Below, piece by piece: positions 25,482 to 39,245 of a stretch of DNA of 64,000 bases; the first letter of the stretch is position 1, and every line of letters starts with the position of its first letter. This stretch comes from Sphyrna mokarran (taxonomy: Eukaryota): contig JAGIQG010000019.1 of assembly GCA_024679065.1 (NCBI GenBank), forward strand, positions 30,380,001 to 30,444,000, written 5' to 3'. Under the pieces are notes generated by a model. The model was given only the letters and a program-made list of their open reading frames with translations, was not told the DNA's origin and did no database searches. Both the position numbers and the translations under genes were made by a program.

Positions 25482-25797
25482 GAATCATAGAATAGAATCA
25501 CAGAATCCTTACAGTGCAGAAGGAAGCCATTCAGCCCATTAAGCCTGCACTGACAACAATCCTATCCAGGCCCTATCCTCATAACCTAAGTATTTATCCT
25601 GCTAATTCCACCGACATTAAGGGACAATTTAGTATGGCCAATCAATCTAACTTGCACACCTTTGGAGTGTTGGAGGAAACCCACGCAGACATTAGCAGAA
25701 TGTGCAAACTCCACACACTAACCTGAAGTCAGCATTGAACACAGGTGCCTGGTGCTGTAGAGCAACAATGTTAACCACTGTACCACCATGCCACCCT
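25482..25797 (-). mobile_element. HE1-like V-SINE
   Basis: taaccactgtaccaccatgccaccc head, gcaaactccacac V-domain, agaatcatagaat tail. Confidence 0.88.
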
Positions 25798-26417
25798 TAT
25801 GATGTATGCACAATAATGCTGCTTGGTGTTTCATTTGCATTCATGAAATGAAGGTGGGTTGATTTCCAACATAGAATCCCTACAGTGCAGAAGGAGACCA
25901 TTTGGTCCATCGATTGATTTGTTGATTAGAAGGCCAGAAATCAAAGCAATCCTACTTTTCCTTTGTTGGATATTTCAAATATCCCTTTCCACTAGATATC
26001 ACAGGAATTTTCATTACTTTCATTTGGAATTTGCAAATGTTTATTTAAAATCTTAGGAAGTGCAATGGAGGCACAAACATTCTTGACAAAATAATAGATG
26101 GCAAACTGCATTGATTCCACAGGATTCTGACCCCGTATGCTCTGTGCTCGGGATTGACGGAGTGGGGTTAATATCCCATGAGTTCACTCGACATGACGCA
26201 CTTTCCGATTCTTTTTGGCCCTTGTTGATGATATAATCAGATTCACGTCCAGGATGGGTGAGAACGTGATTTCAAATAAATCCGAATACACTTCAATAAA
26301 TGAATTAGTTCCCTTGCCAAATTAACCTCCATCATGGTATATTCATACCAATGGCATTGCATGGTTATGATACTTCTGTCTTGCTCAAGCAGAAGTACTA
26401 ACTCTATATATCATACT

Positions 26418-26645
26418 AAGAAGTCTCACAACACCAGATTAAAATCCAACAGGTTTATTTGGTATCATGAGCTTTTGGAGCATTGCTCCATCACCAGGTG
26501 AATAATGAAGCAGCACTCACCTGACGAAGGAGCAGGGCTCCAAAACCTCGTGATACCAAATAAACCTGTTGGACCTTAACCTGGTGTTGTGAGGTTTTTT
26601 ACTGTGCTCACCCCAGTCCAAAGCTGGCATCTCCACATCATGGCT
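26418..26645. repeat. Inverted pair of Penelope pseudo-LTR ends, each with a decayed hammerhead
   Basis: Arms ~26418-26501 and ~26517-26600; + arm CTGACGA-AGGAGCagggctcc-AAAA, - arm CTGGTGA...gctcc-AAAAGCTC. Confidence 0.8.
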
Positions 26646-26726
26646 ACATATCATAGCAAACATTTAGCAAAAGTTAAAATCTTTTGCACTTCGATCCAAT
26701 CAAACAGCTTTTTGACATAATCTTAC

Positions 26727-26884
26727 CAGTGTAGCCAAGATCACAGAAGCAGACACCAGAGATACAGTCACCATGTCCACTGCAGTAGTTAGGGCAGGGT
26801 TCAGAAATGTAAACTTCATCTAAACCAAATGCAGGTGCATTCTTGTGGGCGCTGGTCTCCTGAAACCAGCGGAATCGAGTCTTA
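26727..26884 (-). CDS. RELN: Reelin coding exon (~29), 158 nt, EGF-like module
   Basis: attacag|T AAG ACT ... ACT G|gtaag; [52 protein letters not shown]. Confidence 0.97.
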
Positions 26885-28489
26885 CTGTAATTTAGCAAAA
26901 GAATGAAAGAAATTGAAATACTGCAGTGCAGTTACAAATATTTATTAATTATTACTGCTGCAGTAATAATGTTGAAGTGATTTATTGGTAGTTTTTAGTT
27001 TAGCAATATCAATTGTACTACAGAGGAAGGTTACACTGCTGGAATTGGTTTATTGGACAAACAATAAATGCTTTGTATTATTACCTGACACAACACATGG
27101 CATAACAGGTTCCCAGGTGCAAATTCTTGGTAATGGGCCTTCCAAACAGAAGGCTGCACACAAGACCTTGCCCCAGGCTCTCCTACAACATGTACACCAC
27201 TGACTTCAGAGACAGAGAGAGAGAGGCAGCAAAGCTCGTCTTTCCTCCCAGCAGGTTATAATCAAAGTGGAAGTTGCTTTTCCTCCAGCAGTCTCAAATC
27301 AGGCATAGCCAGCATAGTTACCTCACTTCCCAGCTGTCACTTGCAAGTTGCGATCAACCACCTAGTGTTCACTGCTTTGCTTTTATGACAATCTTTCAAG
27401 CATGATGTTGAGACATTTGCACTGATGTTAAACTCAAAGCTCTGTCTACTTGTTCAGATGAACATGCAACATCTATGGCACTATTCAAAGAAGATCTAAA
27501 TATATCATTAAAATCAGTGCAGATCACCTTGTCATTAATCTCATTGCTGCTTGTGGGACCCTGTAGTGTGCAAAATGGTACTCACACAAATATAGATCTA
27601 CCTTCCACTCCTCCGTTCTGCTTTTGGAATGGACACAAAGGTATTATCCAAACCCCTGTTCTCCAACCAGGGAAATGAAAATTGCAAATGAATGTGCGCT
27701 TAAACAGAGGAGAGAACTGTTCATTCACTAACAGATGATTTAAAAATAGAAAATAATGGAATATTCCTTCATTTTTTTTTTAACCAAACATTAATCTTTA
27801 AATGAAGTTCAGCAGACCACTTGGGAAGTTTGAAAGTTCAGCCAGATGCTAACGGCAGTTGTGCAAGAAACAGTTACACAGCCAAAGTGTTGTCAGAAGA
27901 AAGTCTGCAGATCATTTCAGATCACCAGAGTGTTTGATTCATTCCTAGTTTGGTATTGGATATTTCAATAAAACTACCCTATTCTGTGCTGAAAATCAGC
28001 TCTTCACAACTTAATTGCTTTTTAACTAGACTACACCATTTCATGGAAAAGTTAGAGGACAATTTCCAAGTAGTGCACACAAGAAGAAAAAGAATAGCAA
28101 AACTATGTTTTCTTTTGTTTTGTTAGAAGCCATCTCGTTTCCTCCATCTCTCTCAGAACACACTGGCTGAATCCATTTCTATCCAAACTGAAGACGTTTA
28201 CTCAAGGTGAACATTGATTCTCTCATAACTTTGGATTCAATAACTAGCTGAGGTTTTATTTAAAACTTAGTCAACAGAGATCATCTATTCACTTTTAATG
28301 CTATAACTAGCCCATTTCTTCAATGATGAACAGCAAATAATTTCTATTTGTGTTTGGCTATTGATCTTACGTAGAGTTACGTTGAACGCACAGTTCAAGA
28401 CTCAACCCAAGTTCCACCCATCCATTTAGCCATATTAGAAGAATCTTAAATTCCTGTCTCCCTTTTTTTGTTCACCTGGCTTCTCCTTC

Positions 28490-29065
28490 AGAACATAAGA
28501 AATAGGAGCAGGAGTAGGTCATCTAGTCCTTTAAGCCTGCCCCGCCATTCAATAAGATCATGGCTGATCTGCAGTGGATCAGTTCCACTTTCCCGCTTTC
28601 TTCCCATAACCCTTAATTCTTTTGTCTATCAGAAATTTATCTATCCGTGACTTAAATATATTCAATGAGGTAGCCTCCACCACTTCAATGGGCAGAGAAT
28701 TCCAGAGATTCACCACCCTTTGAGTGAAGAAGTTCTTCCTCAACTCTGTTCTAAACTGCCACTCTCCCCCCCTTATTTTGAGGCTGTGCCCTCTAGTTCT
28801 GCTATCCTTTCTAAGCAGAAAGAATCTGTCTACCTCTACCCTATCTATCCCTTTCATTATCTTATATGTCTCTATCAGAGCTCCCCTCAGCCTTCTAAAC
28901 TCCAATAAGTACAGATCCAGTCAATTCAATCTCTCCTCTTAGGCTAACCCCTCATCTCCAGTATCAGCCTAGTGAACCTTCTCTGTACTCCCTCCAAGAT
29001 CAATATATCCTTACGCAAATAAGGGGACCATAGTACTCCAGTTGCGGCCTCACCAGTGCCTTGTA
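28490..29065 (-). mobile_element. CR1 3' fragment
   Basis: ORF 28579-28905 EFRRLRGALIETYK...FFTQRVVNLWNSLP; tail CCTACTCCTGCTCCTATTTCTTATGTTC. Confidence 0.92.
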
Positions 29066-29127
29066 AATACATCTATTGCTTCATTTATTCCTAGTGTTAA
29101 TTTAAAAATAACGTTTCTCCCACATAC

Positions 29128-29363
29128 CTGGATGCAACAGATCTTGGGATAACTATTGTAACTCTTGTCCATGTTTCAAAGTCTCCTGTGTAGAAAATTG
29201 TCGACTTCCTCAGTTCTCTCGAGCTTCCCTCACAGCCTTTGACACCAGGAGATGCTGGGTAGCAACCTTCTTTTACCAATGACCAAGATCTACCAGCATT
29301 ATGAGAGTACTGAAGGAGAACAGGAGCGGCATTGCTGAATTGGCACTCGCATCCAATATTCAG
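29128..29363 (-). CDS. RELN: Reelin coding exon (~28), 236 nt
   Basis: ttttccag|CTG AAT ATT ... TCC AG|gtatgt; [78 protein letters not shown](S). Confidence 0.96.
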
Positions 29364-30649
29364 CTGGAAAAATCCAGATATGATAAATTAAAACAATTCT
29401 GAGCAACAAATCTTCGGATGCTTTAGGACATGCATGTGTTTAAGTGTGTTTATGTGTATGCATGTATGTGTGCACTTACTGTAAAAAATGTCAATAGTTA
29501 TACAAAATTGTGATGACATTAGTCCTCAGTACACACTTCCTATGCCCAACTTTGAAGACAGGGAAATATAGTTCCATCAGATTTTGGCCTGTTCAATTTT
29601 GTGATTGTGGCAAGAAGTAGTGTAGTGTGAGGGACAAAGATCTCACATTTTCCACACAACCTACTGTGTGTATCGTGGTGGTGGATCTTCTGGCCCTGCC
29701 GCTGTCAACCGAGTTGTGTGTTGAATGCACCCCTTGCTGTCAGAAATCCACAGCAGGGATGTGTTGTAAACGAGACTGGAAGTTCCTGCCAGCCTGAACG
29801 GCCAAAAAATTCTGGTCTCTATATTTCACTAAAACATAAATTGATACATCCATTACTACTTCTAAAATGTTAAATCTGAATGGAGGCTTTTAAAGTGGCT
29901 GAACCTAAGTCTGTCTGCTACGCCCAAACAAAAGCTACTTGGTAGTTTGGAACTATCTCTCAGGAGATATTTGTGCCAAGCCACTGTGGACTACATAGTC
30001 CAACTTCAAAAAAAGCTATACAAAGACTATCTGCACTTAATAACCCATGCTGGTCAGAAGGTGATAGATCATCTACTAAGACAGAAGTCCCATAGCCTCC
30101 CTTTCAATTCAAAATGGCTGAGACATTTAACAATCATTGGAATCCAGAAGATGGAAACACAAGGCTTGATGGGGAGGTGACAGTCATGTGACATGAACCT
30201 TTGGTTTGTGAAACAAGTGACATTGCTTTACTGAGCTGCATAGCTCAGACTGCTGTTTACCATCCAACTAATAGATTCACAGAGAAGGAACTCAGCCCAG
30301 GTGGAATATTTGGCCCCCATCTATACTGCTTCTGCTGGAAATTCAATACTGTCACCCACAACACTGATTCAACGCTGTGTCACCTGTCTCACCAAGTGAA
30401 GTCAACACCACCAGCAAGTTGAATTATGCAGCAATGGTTTTTAGCCCACCAAATACGTGAAGGAAATACCTCATTAGACTTTGATACTGGACTCTGGAAC
30501 CCACATGAAACAATATTTCCTCTCTCTGTGATCTTTGTCCTGGAAATCTTTCTTTCTCTGTTCCTCTTTTTGCTATCTGAATGCAAAGGGGATATAGTGA
30601 ACACCCTTTTTGCATCTAGAGTGTGTGCAGATAAACTTTGAATTCAATA

Positions 30650-32320
30650 TACATACAGGAGTGCAGGAGAAGGCCACTCAGCCCCTTGAGTCTGTTTGTC
30701 CACTTGATAAGATCATGGCCGATCTGTTTTTAAACTCAACTTCATATTCCTACCTGCCACCCCCCATAACCTTTCACCTCTTGCTTATCAAGAACCTATT
30801 ATCCTTGCCTTAGAAACATTCAAAGACTTTGTCTCAACCACATTTCAAGGAAGAAAATTCCAAAGTCTCACAACTTTCTGCGAGAAAATCTATTTCCTCA
30901 TCTCGGTCCTAAATGGTGATTTTTCATTTTGAAACAGTACCCTGAACTCTAGATTCTTCCACAAGAGGAAACATCCTTTTCACATCCACCCTGTCAGGTC
31001 CCCTCAGAATCTTATGTTTCAGTCGAGTCATCTCTTACTCTTCTAAACTCCAGTAGATATAAGACTAGGCAGTCCAATCTTTCCTCATAAGATGTCCCTT
31101 CCAGATAGTAACCTAGTAAATCTTCTCTGAATTGCCTCTGATGCATTTACATATTCCCTTAAACAAAGAGACAAATATTGTACAATATTGTAAAATTGCT
31201 GTGGTCACACCAATGCTCAGTATGACTGAAGCATAATCTCCCATCTTTTGTAATGAATGACAATATTCTATTAACTTTCCAATTACTTGCTGCAGTACAC
31301 ACTAATGTTTTGCCATTGTTGTACAAGGACATCCTGATCCATCTGTATCTCAGAAGTGTGCAAACTCTCACTGTCTTGTTATTTCTGCACATTTTGTCAC
31401 ATTATATACCATTGGTCAGATCTTTGCTCACTCACATATTCTATGTCCTTTTACAGCTCCCTTATGCCCATTTCCACAACTTACTTTCCAACCTATCTTA
31501 CTGCTATCATCAACGATATCATCAATCCCTTCATCCAATTTATTCATATAAATTGTAAAGAGTTGAAGCCCCAGCAGTGATCCATGTGGCACAATTACCC
31601 ATCATATTCTGCCAACCAGAAGATTACCCTTTTAATGCCTCCTTTTGCACTGTAGGGATTCTGTGATCCTATGTCTACTCTCTGCTTCCTGTTAGGTAGC
31701 CAATCTTCTGACCATGCTAAAATGTTACTCTCTACATTATGAGCTTTTATTTTCTGCAATAATCTCTGATATGACACCTTATCAAATGCCTTTTGAAAAT
31801 CTAAGTACAGTCCATTTATCAGTTCCTCTTTATCCACAGCACCTGTTATTTCTTCAAAGAAATTTAGTAAATGGTTAATCGTGATTTCCCTTTCACAAAA
31901 CCATGTTGACTCTTCTCTGATTACCCTGATTTTATCTAAATGTCCTGTTTTAATATCTTGAATGATGGTTTCTAACATTTTTGCTCTCACAGAAATTAAG
32001 CTAACAGTCCTGTTTTCTGTCTGCTTCCCCCTTCTGTTCTTCTGTTTGCATAAAGCAGTTACGTTAACTATTTTCCAATCTAATGAAATCTTACCAGAAT
32101 CAAATGAATTTTGGAAAATTCCAACCAATGCATTAACCCTTGGATTAACTACTGCTTTTAAGACTATAGGGTGAAATCCATTAGGTCCCAGGTCCTTGTC
32201 AACCCACAACTCCAATAATTTGCTAAGTATAACTTCAATGATGTTGTAATTTTCTTCAGTTCCTCCCCTTTTTTCCAATGTCAGATTTATTTCTGGGATG
32301 TTACTGATGTGGCCTGTAAT
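30650..32320 (-). mobile_element. Degenerate CR1 RT fragment
   Basis: ORF 31595-32278 LGPNGFHP, DWKIVNV, YLDFQKAFDKV, WLPNRKQRV; CR1-type tail near 30655-30720. Confidence 0.88.
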
Positions 32321-32321
32321 G

Positions 32322-32880
32322 AATCACAGAATCTTTACAGTTCAGAAGAAGGCCATTTGATCCATTGAGTCTGCACCAGTTCTCTGAGAGAGCATTCTTC
32401 CTAGTCCCACTCCCCTGCCTTAACCTTGCATGAGTTTGATCCAGGTTCCAATCACTCTCTGGGTGAAAATATTTTTCCTTAAATCACTTTTACTTCTTTT
32501 GCCAATTATTTTGAATCTGTGCCCTTTAGCTATTGATTCTTGAGTGGGGACAGTTTGTCACTTCTTATCCTGTCCATTCCTTTCAGGATCTTGAATACCT
32601 CTATCAAATTTCCTCTCAGCAAATGTTTCTCCAAGAAAAACAGTCCTAACCTCTCCAATTTAGCTTCATAACTACAGTTCTTTATCTCTGGAATCACTCA
32701 TGTGAATTCTCTCAAATGCTTTCACATGCTTCAAGTATGGTGCCCAGAATTGGATGAAATACTCCAGATAAGGCCTAGCTAGTTCTTATGCAAGTAAAAC
32801 ATGACATTCTCACTCTTATAGTTATGCCCCTATTAATAAAGCATAAGATACTATATGCTTCAACTGCCCTCGCAACTTGC
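32322..32880 (-). mobile_element. Second decayed CR1 3' fragment
   Basis: + strand shows ggtgcccagaattggatgaaatactccag (LEY..QFW), tacctctatcaaat, and a tail-like aatcacagaatc...gaaggccatt. Confidence 0.7.
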
Positions 32881-32908
32881 CAATAGTAATGGAATTGACA
32901 TAAATATT

Positions 32909-32933
32909 CATATATATATATATATATATATAT
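32909..32933. repeat. (TA)n microsatellite
   Basis: About 12 AT units. Confidence 0.9.
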
Positions 32934-33799
32934 GTTTAAGGGGAATGTTTACAATTCAGCTTTAAGCTACAGGCAGTCAGTACGTCTGGTAGGAATGCAG
33001 TTCACATTTTTGGAGAGCAGAATAACTACGTAGTTCATACTTGCAAGTGCTTATTTTATGTAGAGGTAATGGATTTTTGTTTACTTAAATTCCACTCAAA
33101 CTTCTGATTAGAGTAATTGATGGGGTCATGTGATGATGTGATTAATTATGCAGAACTGAGTCTGTAGAAGTCAGAAAAAAGCTTTTGCAGAAAGTGGCTG
33201 AAATTACAAGGATGTTGCAGGCTCCTGAAATTCTCCATCACTGAAAGCTCCAAGACTATTAACAAATGTTAAAGCAACTATGCCTGGGTTTGCTAACTGG
33301 GTTTAGCTCTCTGCTAAATATAATAAATTGTATTTATTTGAAAGTGGTTTTGATCTATACATGAACGGAGCTTATTTGGAACTGGAACAGTCATAAGCTA
33401 GAAAGTTGTTTCCTTTCATTTTTAAATGTTGTTTAATTATTGATTGTTAAGCTGATTCACTTGTTAGAGTTTAAAATGTATTCTTAAATAAAATTTGTTT
33501 TACTACAAAAGATCCCTAATTAGTCAATGGAATCAATCCGGGAGCAAATTCATATTTAAGCCAAAAAGGAAAATTGTTGAGATCTAGTCTGGTTTCATAA
33601 TGTAATTTAGGATTCTAATCCAATACTCATACACCGAGCTCCATCTGGTCTTGGATGGCCTTTAGAGTTTAGAAGACTGATGCAAAATACCTATTCAATT
33701 CATCTGCCATCTCCTTAATTTACATCTCAAGTTTGTGGGATTATTAATGAAAATTAATAATTTTATTAATTTGACCAATGGTATATAATGTGACAAAAT

Positions 33800-34270
33800 G
33801 TGCAGAGGAGATTTACAAGGATGCTGCCTGGATTGGGAGGCAGGCCTTATGAAAATAGGTTGAGGGAGCTGGGACTCTTCTTACTGGAGAGACGTAGGTT
33901 GAGAGGTGACCTGATAGAGGCTTATAAAATGTTGAGAGGAATAGATAGGGTGGACTCTCAGAGACTATTTCCCTGAGCTGAAATGGTCACTACGAGAGGA
34001 CACAGATTTAAGGTGCAGGGAAGCAAATACAGAGGGGATGTTAGGGGTAAGTTTTTCACTCAGAGGTGGTGAGTGAATGGAATTGGCTGCCGTCAGAGGT
34101 GGTTGAAGCAAACTTGCTGGAGTCTTTTAAAAGACTTCTGGATGAGCATATGGAAACGAATGGGATAGGGGGTTATAGATAGGTTTGTGGATTGGTAAAT
34201 ATAGACGTGATTGGTGCAACTCGTGGGCCGAAGGGCCTGTTTGTGCTGTATTGTTCTATGTTCTATGTTC
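33800..34270 (+). mobile_element. CR1 (HER1-like) 3' fragment
   Basis: gtgcagaggagatttacaaggatgctgcct ... gggccgaagggcctgtttgtgctgtat(tgttcta)3. Confidence 0.93.
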
Positions 34271-34324
34271 TAAAATTGGATTGCATCAAAACCGAGGGTT
34301 GGAATATCCTGCACCATTTAGGAA

Positions 34325-34612
34325 GGGTGGCAAGGTGCCACAGTGGTTAGCGCTTTACAGTACCTGTGGTGCAAGTTCAATTCTGACTTTGGGTCACCGT
34401 CTGTGTGAAGTTTGCATGTTCTCCACATTTCTGCATGGGTTTCCTCCCACACGCCAAAGATTTGCAGGTTAGGTTGGTTGGCCATGTTAAATCACCCCTT
34501 AGATGGATTAACAGGGTAAATACTTAGGGTTCAGTGATAGGATGGATGGAATTGTGGTTGGTGATAACTCCATTGGCCAAATGGTCTTCTTCTGTGCCAT
34601 AAGGATTCTATG
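34325..34612 (+). mobile_element. HE1-like V-SINE
   Basis: gggtggcaaggtgccacagtggttagc head, ctgtgtgaagtttgcatgttctcc V-domain. Confidence 0.85.
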
Positions 34613-35759
34613 AAAGCAGGAAATAAACCAGAACACCTTTCTGTTCATGGACGGATGGTGTGAGAACAAATCTCTGGTATTTAAATTAACCCACTCTTTT
34701 ATCCATAACAGTAACAAACTGGAACAGGTAGGATTTCTACTTCCTTATTCAGTGTGGGAAGCTTTTAAAGAGTCCTTTAAAGTCATCTCAACCAATCTCT
34801 TTGACAAGGACAAAAGGGCCAGAGATTTAAAGAAAAGCAGGCAAAAATGAAGAGAAATGAACTGCTAATGGAGGCACAAGATAAAGGATCAATCCTCCAT
34901 CTACTCATCTCATGAGTGTAAGGGGGAACTGAATGAGTTGCTTCTGAGGGGACTTTTTCTTTAGATAAATATTGGCAGAGCCAATGTACAATTAGTTCTT
35001 TCACCTGAAAGGGCAGGTGAGAACTTGGTTTAATGTCTCATCTAAATTACAGCACAATCTGCAATGCAGCACTCCCCAGTGTGCACTGCAGCATACTATG
35101 TGGATTGATAATTAAAGTCAAGATCTTCTGATTGAACAGGCAAGAAGCTGAACCAAGGCTGACCTCAAGCTGACAGGTATGGCCCTGGACTCACACTTGG
35201 TCCTCACCTCAGATTCACATCTTTGCATTTGTCTCTCTGCTGACCTAGATCCTAAACAAAATATAGGCCTCTCCTCCTTTGTCGCTAGGAGCCATGCTGG
35301 GCATTAGGTCAAAGCCACGCCCAGCTCTTCTGCCACATCTGTATCTGCAAAAAGAGAAAAATAATGTCCCTTTGGCAGACACAGCTGGTGGAGGCTCCTC
35401 TTCCCAAAGCCAGCTGTGCTGTAGCTCACTATTGCTTGATTTACATGTTACGCTGGAATCTTCTTCAGAATTGCTCCAATTACAAATTTGGCACTACATG
35501 AAAGAAGGACTGCCAGATGTTCAACCAGTCCATCCATGTTAACTGATTGAGCGCAGCTCCGAGATATCCACCATCCATTTCTGCAAAGTCTGCCACAACT
35601 ATCTGTCATTGTCCATGGTGTGGGGAGGGTGCTATCGTTCCAGGATCTGGGTCGCAGAGAGGCACAAAGGTGTGAAACCTCAGGTGAGGATCAGTATTAT
35701 TATTTAAGGGCAGCAACTGTCAGGCTTGGTTCAGCCTCTTGGCTTTAAAATATCAACCC

Positions 35760-36065
35760 ACACCCAATGCTCTAGTGCAGCACTGGGGCATTGCTGTAAT
35801 TGTTAGTGCTGTAGTTCAGGTAAAACATTAAACCACGGTCTCATTTGCCCTCTCAGATTAGAGTCAATAATACTTTTCAATGTCCTACAAGTATTTATTC
35901 TTCAACTATTTTTGCTTAAAAAAAACACATTGATCATTCATCTGATTATTGTCTGTGGGATCTGGCTGTAAACAAACTAGCTCTGAAGTTTTTCATTTCA
36001 TTGGCGATGAATTCCTTATAGCTGTCCTAAGTTTGTGGAAGGCCTATATAAAGGCAAGTTATTTT
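35760..36065 (+). mobile_element. Decayed Deu-SINE; related relics at ~27410-27575 (+), ~34900-35170 (-) and ~39445-39760 (+)
   Basis: ttcaggtaaaacattaaaccacggtctcatttgccctctcag and tail gtggaaggcctatataaaggcaagtt. Confidence 0.6.
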
Positions 36066-37929
36066 GCTATGTCTTGCAATTTATCTGCCTCTCTTAGTAG
36101 GCAGGATAATCTACTGTCGACCTACTGATATCCTAACGTGGAATGACATAAAAGAAAAATCCCCTCATGCAGCTCCCTCTTGATTTCAGTGAGCATTGAA
36201 GAGATGGAGGGCTGATCCTCTAGGTCTGTAGATTTGTAACTTGCCCTTTTTTAATCCTTGGCAAATGCTACGAGGCGATTAGTTGAGCTGCTTTTTGAGG
36301 TTCTTCAAAAGCTGCCCAAATCTCCTCAATTTGTCAGTGTTCAGCAGGAATCTGGGGAGACAGAGCAAGACCAAAGACACCAGAAAACGTGAAGGCAATA
36401 TGAAACAAAAAAAACCAACATACTAGCCTGTACAGGCACAAAAATCAAAACCATTTTATATCTTCAAAGTTAATATTTTCAGGCTTACATGAAAACATCC
36501 AGCTATCTGGTAAATTGAGAGGTAGGACATGCCAAACAAAGAAAGCAGAATTTGAATGTTGGAAAATGTATTATCAGATATTTCCTAAGCATCAGCCAGC
36601 AGGAATCCACAATGGTTCTGGAGGCTCACCCCTCTAGCCAGATGCCTTGGCTACAAGATTCAAAAAGCAGAAAAAAAGGAAAAGTAATAGATTATTTCAA
36701 TGTGCAATGCTTTGTGCCACAGCTCTCGATGTATTAAAACCAGAAGTTAAAAGACGAACATTTAATGCATTTTTGTGACAGTCCATGATCACTACATAAA
36801 GGGACATCTTGACCTATTTAAAAAGAAAAGGGTTTAGAGAACATTTGTCAAAATACTGGAAGAGAAATCAATAGAAGCATTTATCATTTGTCTGCCAATT
36901 TTTTTAGTCATTTATAATTAAAGTTCATCCTTTTAATTAATTTTTGTGTGCACAATGTATTTTGGAATATGGGGAATGTTCTTCCTGTGAAGAATAAGTA
37001 ACAAATTGTATGTGAAAGCCTCCTGTTATCTTGTGGCCTCACACTGAAAACAATAGGATGGGGTTACAGACATGCAGAATGTTCCGAGTGTGAAATGTGC
37101 TTATTCATCATCTTTACTGTTTTCTTGTTTATTGATTTAAGTCTGCTCTGGAGCGCATTGAAGAAATACTGCCAGCATCTATGAAGTGAAAATGTTTTTT
37201 TCTCTCTCTTTCTCTTGTTCCATGGCTGTTAAACTGAGGCTGACTAGAAAACCCAGTGTTTAACTTTATTGCTCGCCATCCCAAGCTGTAATTCTGAACC
37301 TTGGGGAAAACAAATCTGTGGTAATGAATCAGCTGTTAACCTCTGAAACCTTTTATTATTTTACAAGCTTTAAATTATTCAGCTCTCACCTCTTGTACAA
37401 AATTGATCAGAAGTTCTTGTACGGTTCATTAGTTTTAAATTACAAACACATGACCAATACAACCAACACCAGGGATTTCATTATAGTATCAGTTTAAAAA
37501 GATAAGGCTGCAGTACACAACTCCTTCTGACAGTCTATCAAAGTGATAATCCTGGAAGTTATAGTATAAACTTACTATTATTTCTACAGACAAAAATATT
37601 TATGCTGCAGGAGTAAAAAATGCCTGCGGGCAGTGCCTCAAAATGTTCCCCCTTCCACCCCCACCCTCCAGGGTGGGGTTGGGTTGTGAGGGGGGCAGTG
37701 TTTCCCATGTGGTCACCCTTCCCGGTTAATGTTGCTTCATACTGTTGTAAATGTTGGGGGAAATCCCAACATGGGGACGGGGAAATCAACACAGCGAGGA
37801 AGCCTGCTAATCCGTCACTAATGTATTTAAATGCGATTCTTCACCTTCCTTGCTGATGGGAATCTCACTTTTGGCTACTCACAGTAAACGTGCATGCAAA
37901 ATCCTGACCTACTTACTCTCCTTGGATTT

Positions 37930-38235
37930 ACATATACATAGAAACAAACCAGCTCCTGTTGGTAGTTATATTCCGCTTCAGCCTCCTCCCATTTTAATTA
38001 TATCTTCTCATCCTGATCCAATAAACTTTCCTAATCCTGCATGTGAGCATCAAACCTCTTCTTAAATGCATCAATTCTATCTGTTTCAACAACTCCTTGT
38101 GGCAGTGAATTTTGCATTCTCACCCCTTTTTGTATAGTGAAATTTCTCCTGAATTCTTTCTTTGTTCTATTGGTGGTGATCTTATTGTCAATTGTTCTGG
38201 GTTGCTGCATCCATTCAATTTTGGGCAGCATCCTT
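37930..38235 (-). mobile_element. Decayed CR1 3' fragment
   Basis: ORF 38031-38231 EFRRNFTIQKGVRMQNSLPQGVVETDRIDAFK. Confidence 0.75.
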
Positions 38236-38424
38236 AGAAATCTGTGTTGTAATTTCTCCAGAACTTCAATAACTTTGCTATAGTGTAGAAAGGAAAACTA
38301 CACACAACACTCCAACTATATTCTTAAGTGTTATGATATTAGCACAAAATTCCCTTTTCTGCTATTTCAACCCTTTTAAATAAACAAATTAAAGCCGCTG
38401 TTAAAGAATTGGAGAAACTCATTT

Positions 38425-39245
38425 GGGGCAATCTTACTGGCTTATCTCGCCATTCGATTGTGTAGAGTGAGCGGTAAGATCGCGAGAGAGGTGAAAATCC
38501 AGCATAGTGCCTGGTTTCTTGCATCTTGCAATTATACTGGCACCGTGAAGCCGACGTGAAAGGACATAAGATTGATTTTAATATTTCTAAGACTTTCTTA
38601 GTAATTGTCCAGGCTCACTTGCCTGAACAGCCTTGCTGATGAAGGTACTCGCAAATATCACATATGGTGTCCGCCAATGAAAACAAGAAGTGGGGGGACA
38701 GGAAGCCATTGAGGTCCCCTTGAGTGGCCCTGGATACTGCCTACGCGGCACTGGGCAGTACCAAGGGGCAGGGCCTAACGGGAGGCAGAGGGAGTCTGTG
38801 CACTTTGCAATTAGGGATTGGCCATAGTGGCAATTGGCAGGGACTGAGGGGATACTGTGGCAGCAATTGGTCAGGGTGGATGTATCAGACCAGCAATCAG
38901 CCAGGGAAGGCCAATGATGGGTAGCAACGGGTGGACTGGCCAGCAATTGGCTTGGGCGGCCAGCTGTTGGCTGGAGAAGCCAGCAATCCTGGTGGGGAGG
39001 GAGTATACACAGAACACTGAGAAATCAAGACAGATGCACAATGGCGTCCTCTAGTTGTCATCAGCTGGCTTTCTGGTGAAAACGGACTCTGTCCACATCC
39101 CCTACTAGCATGAATCACACTTTGCCTCTTTTTTTGCACCAAGTGTCATAAGATACTGTCTGAGACCTCATTAGAAAAATGAGCATGATATTGTCTTGTT
39201 TTCTGGCTTGTTTTTTACTTAGTATTTTTTGGTAAGATCACCTCC
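38425..39245. mobile_element. Putative non-autonomous TIR element
   Basis: GGGGCAATCTTAC ... GGTAAGATCACCTCC around a GC-rich non-coding core. Confidence 0.5.
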
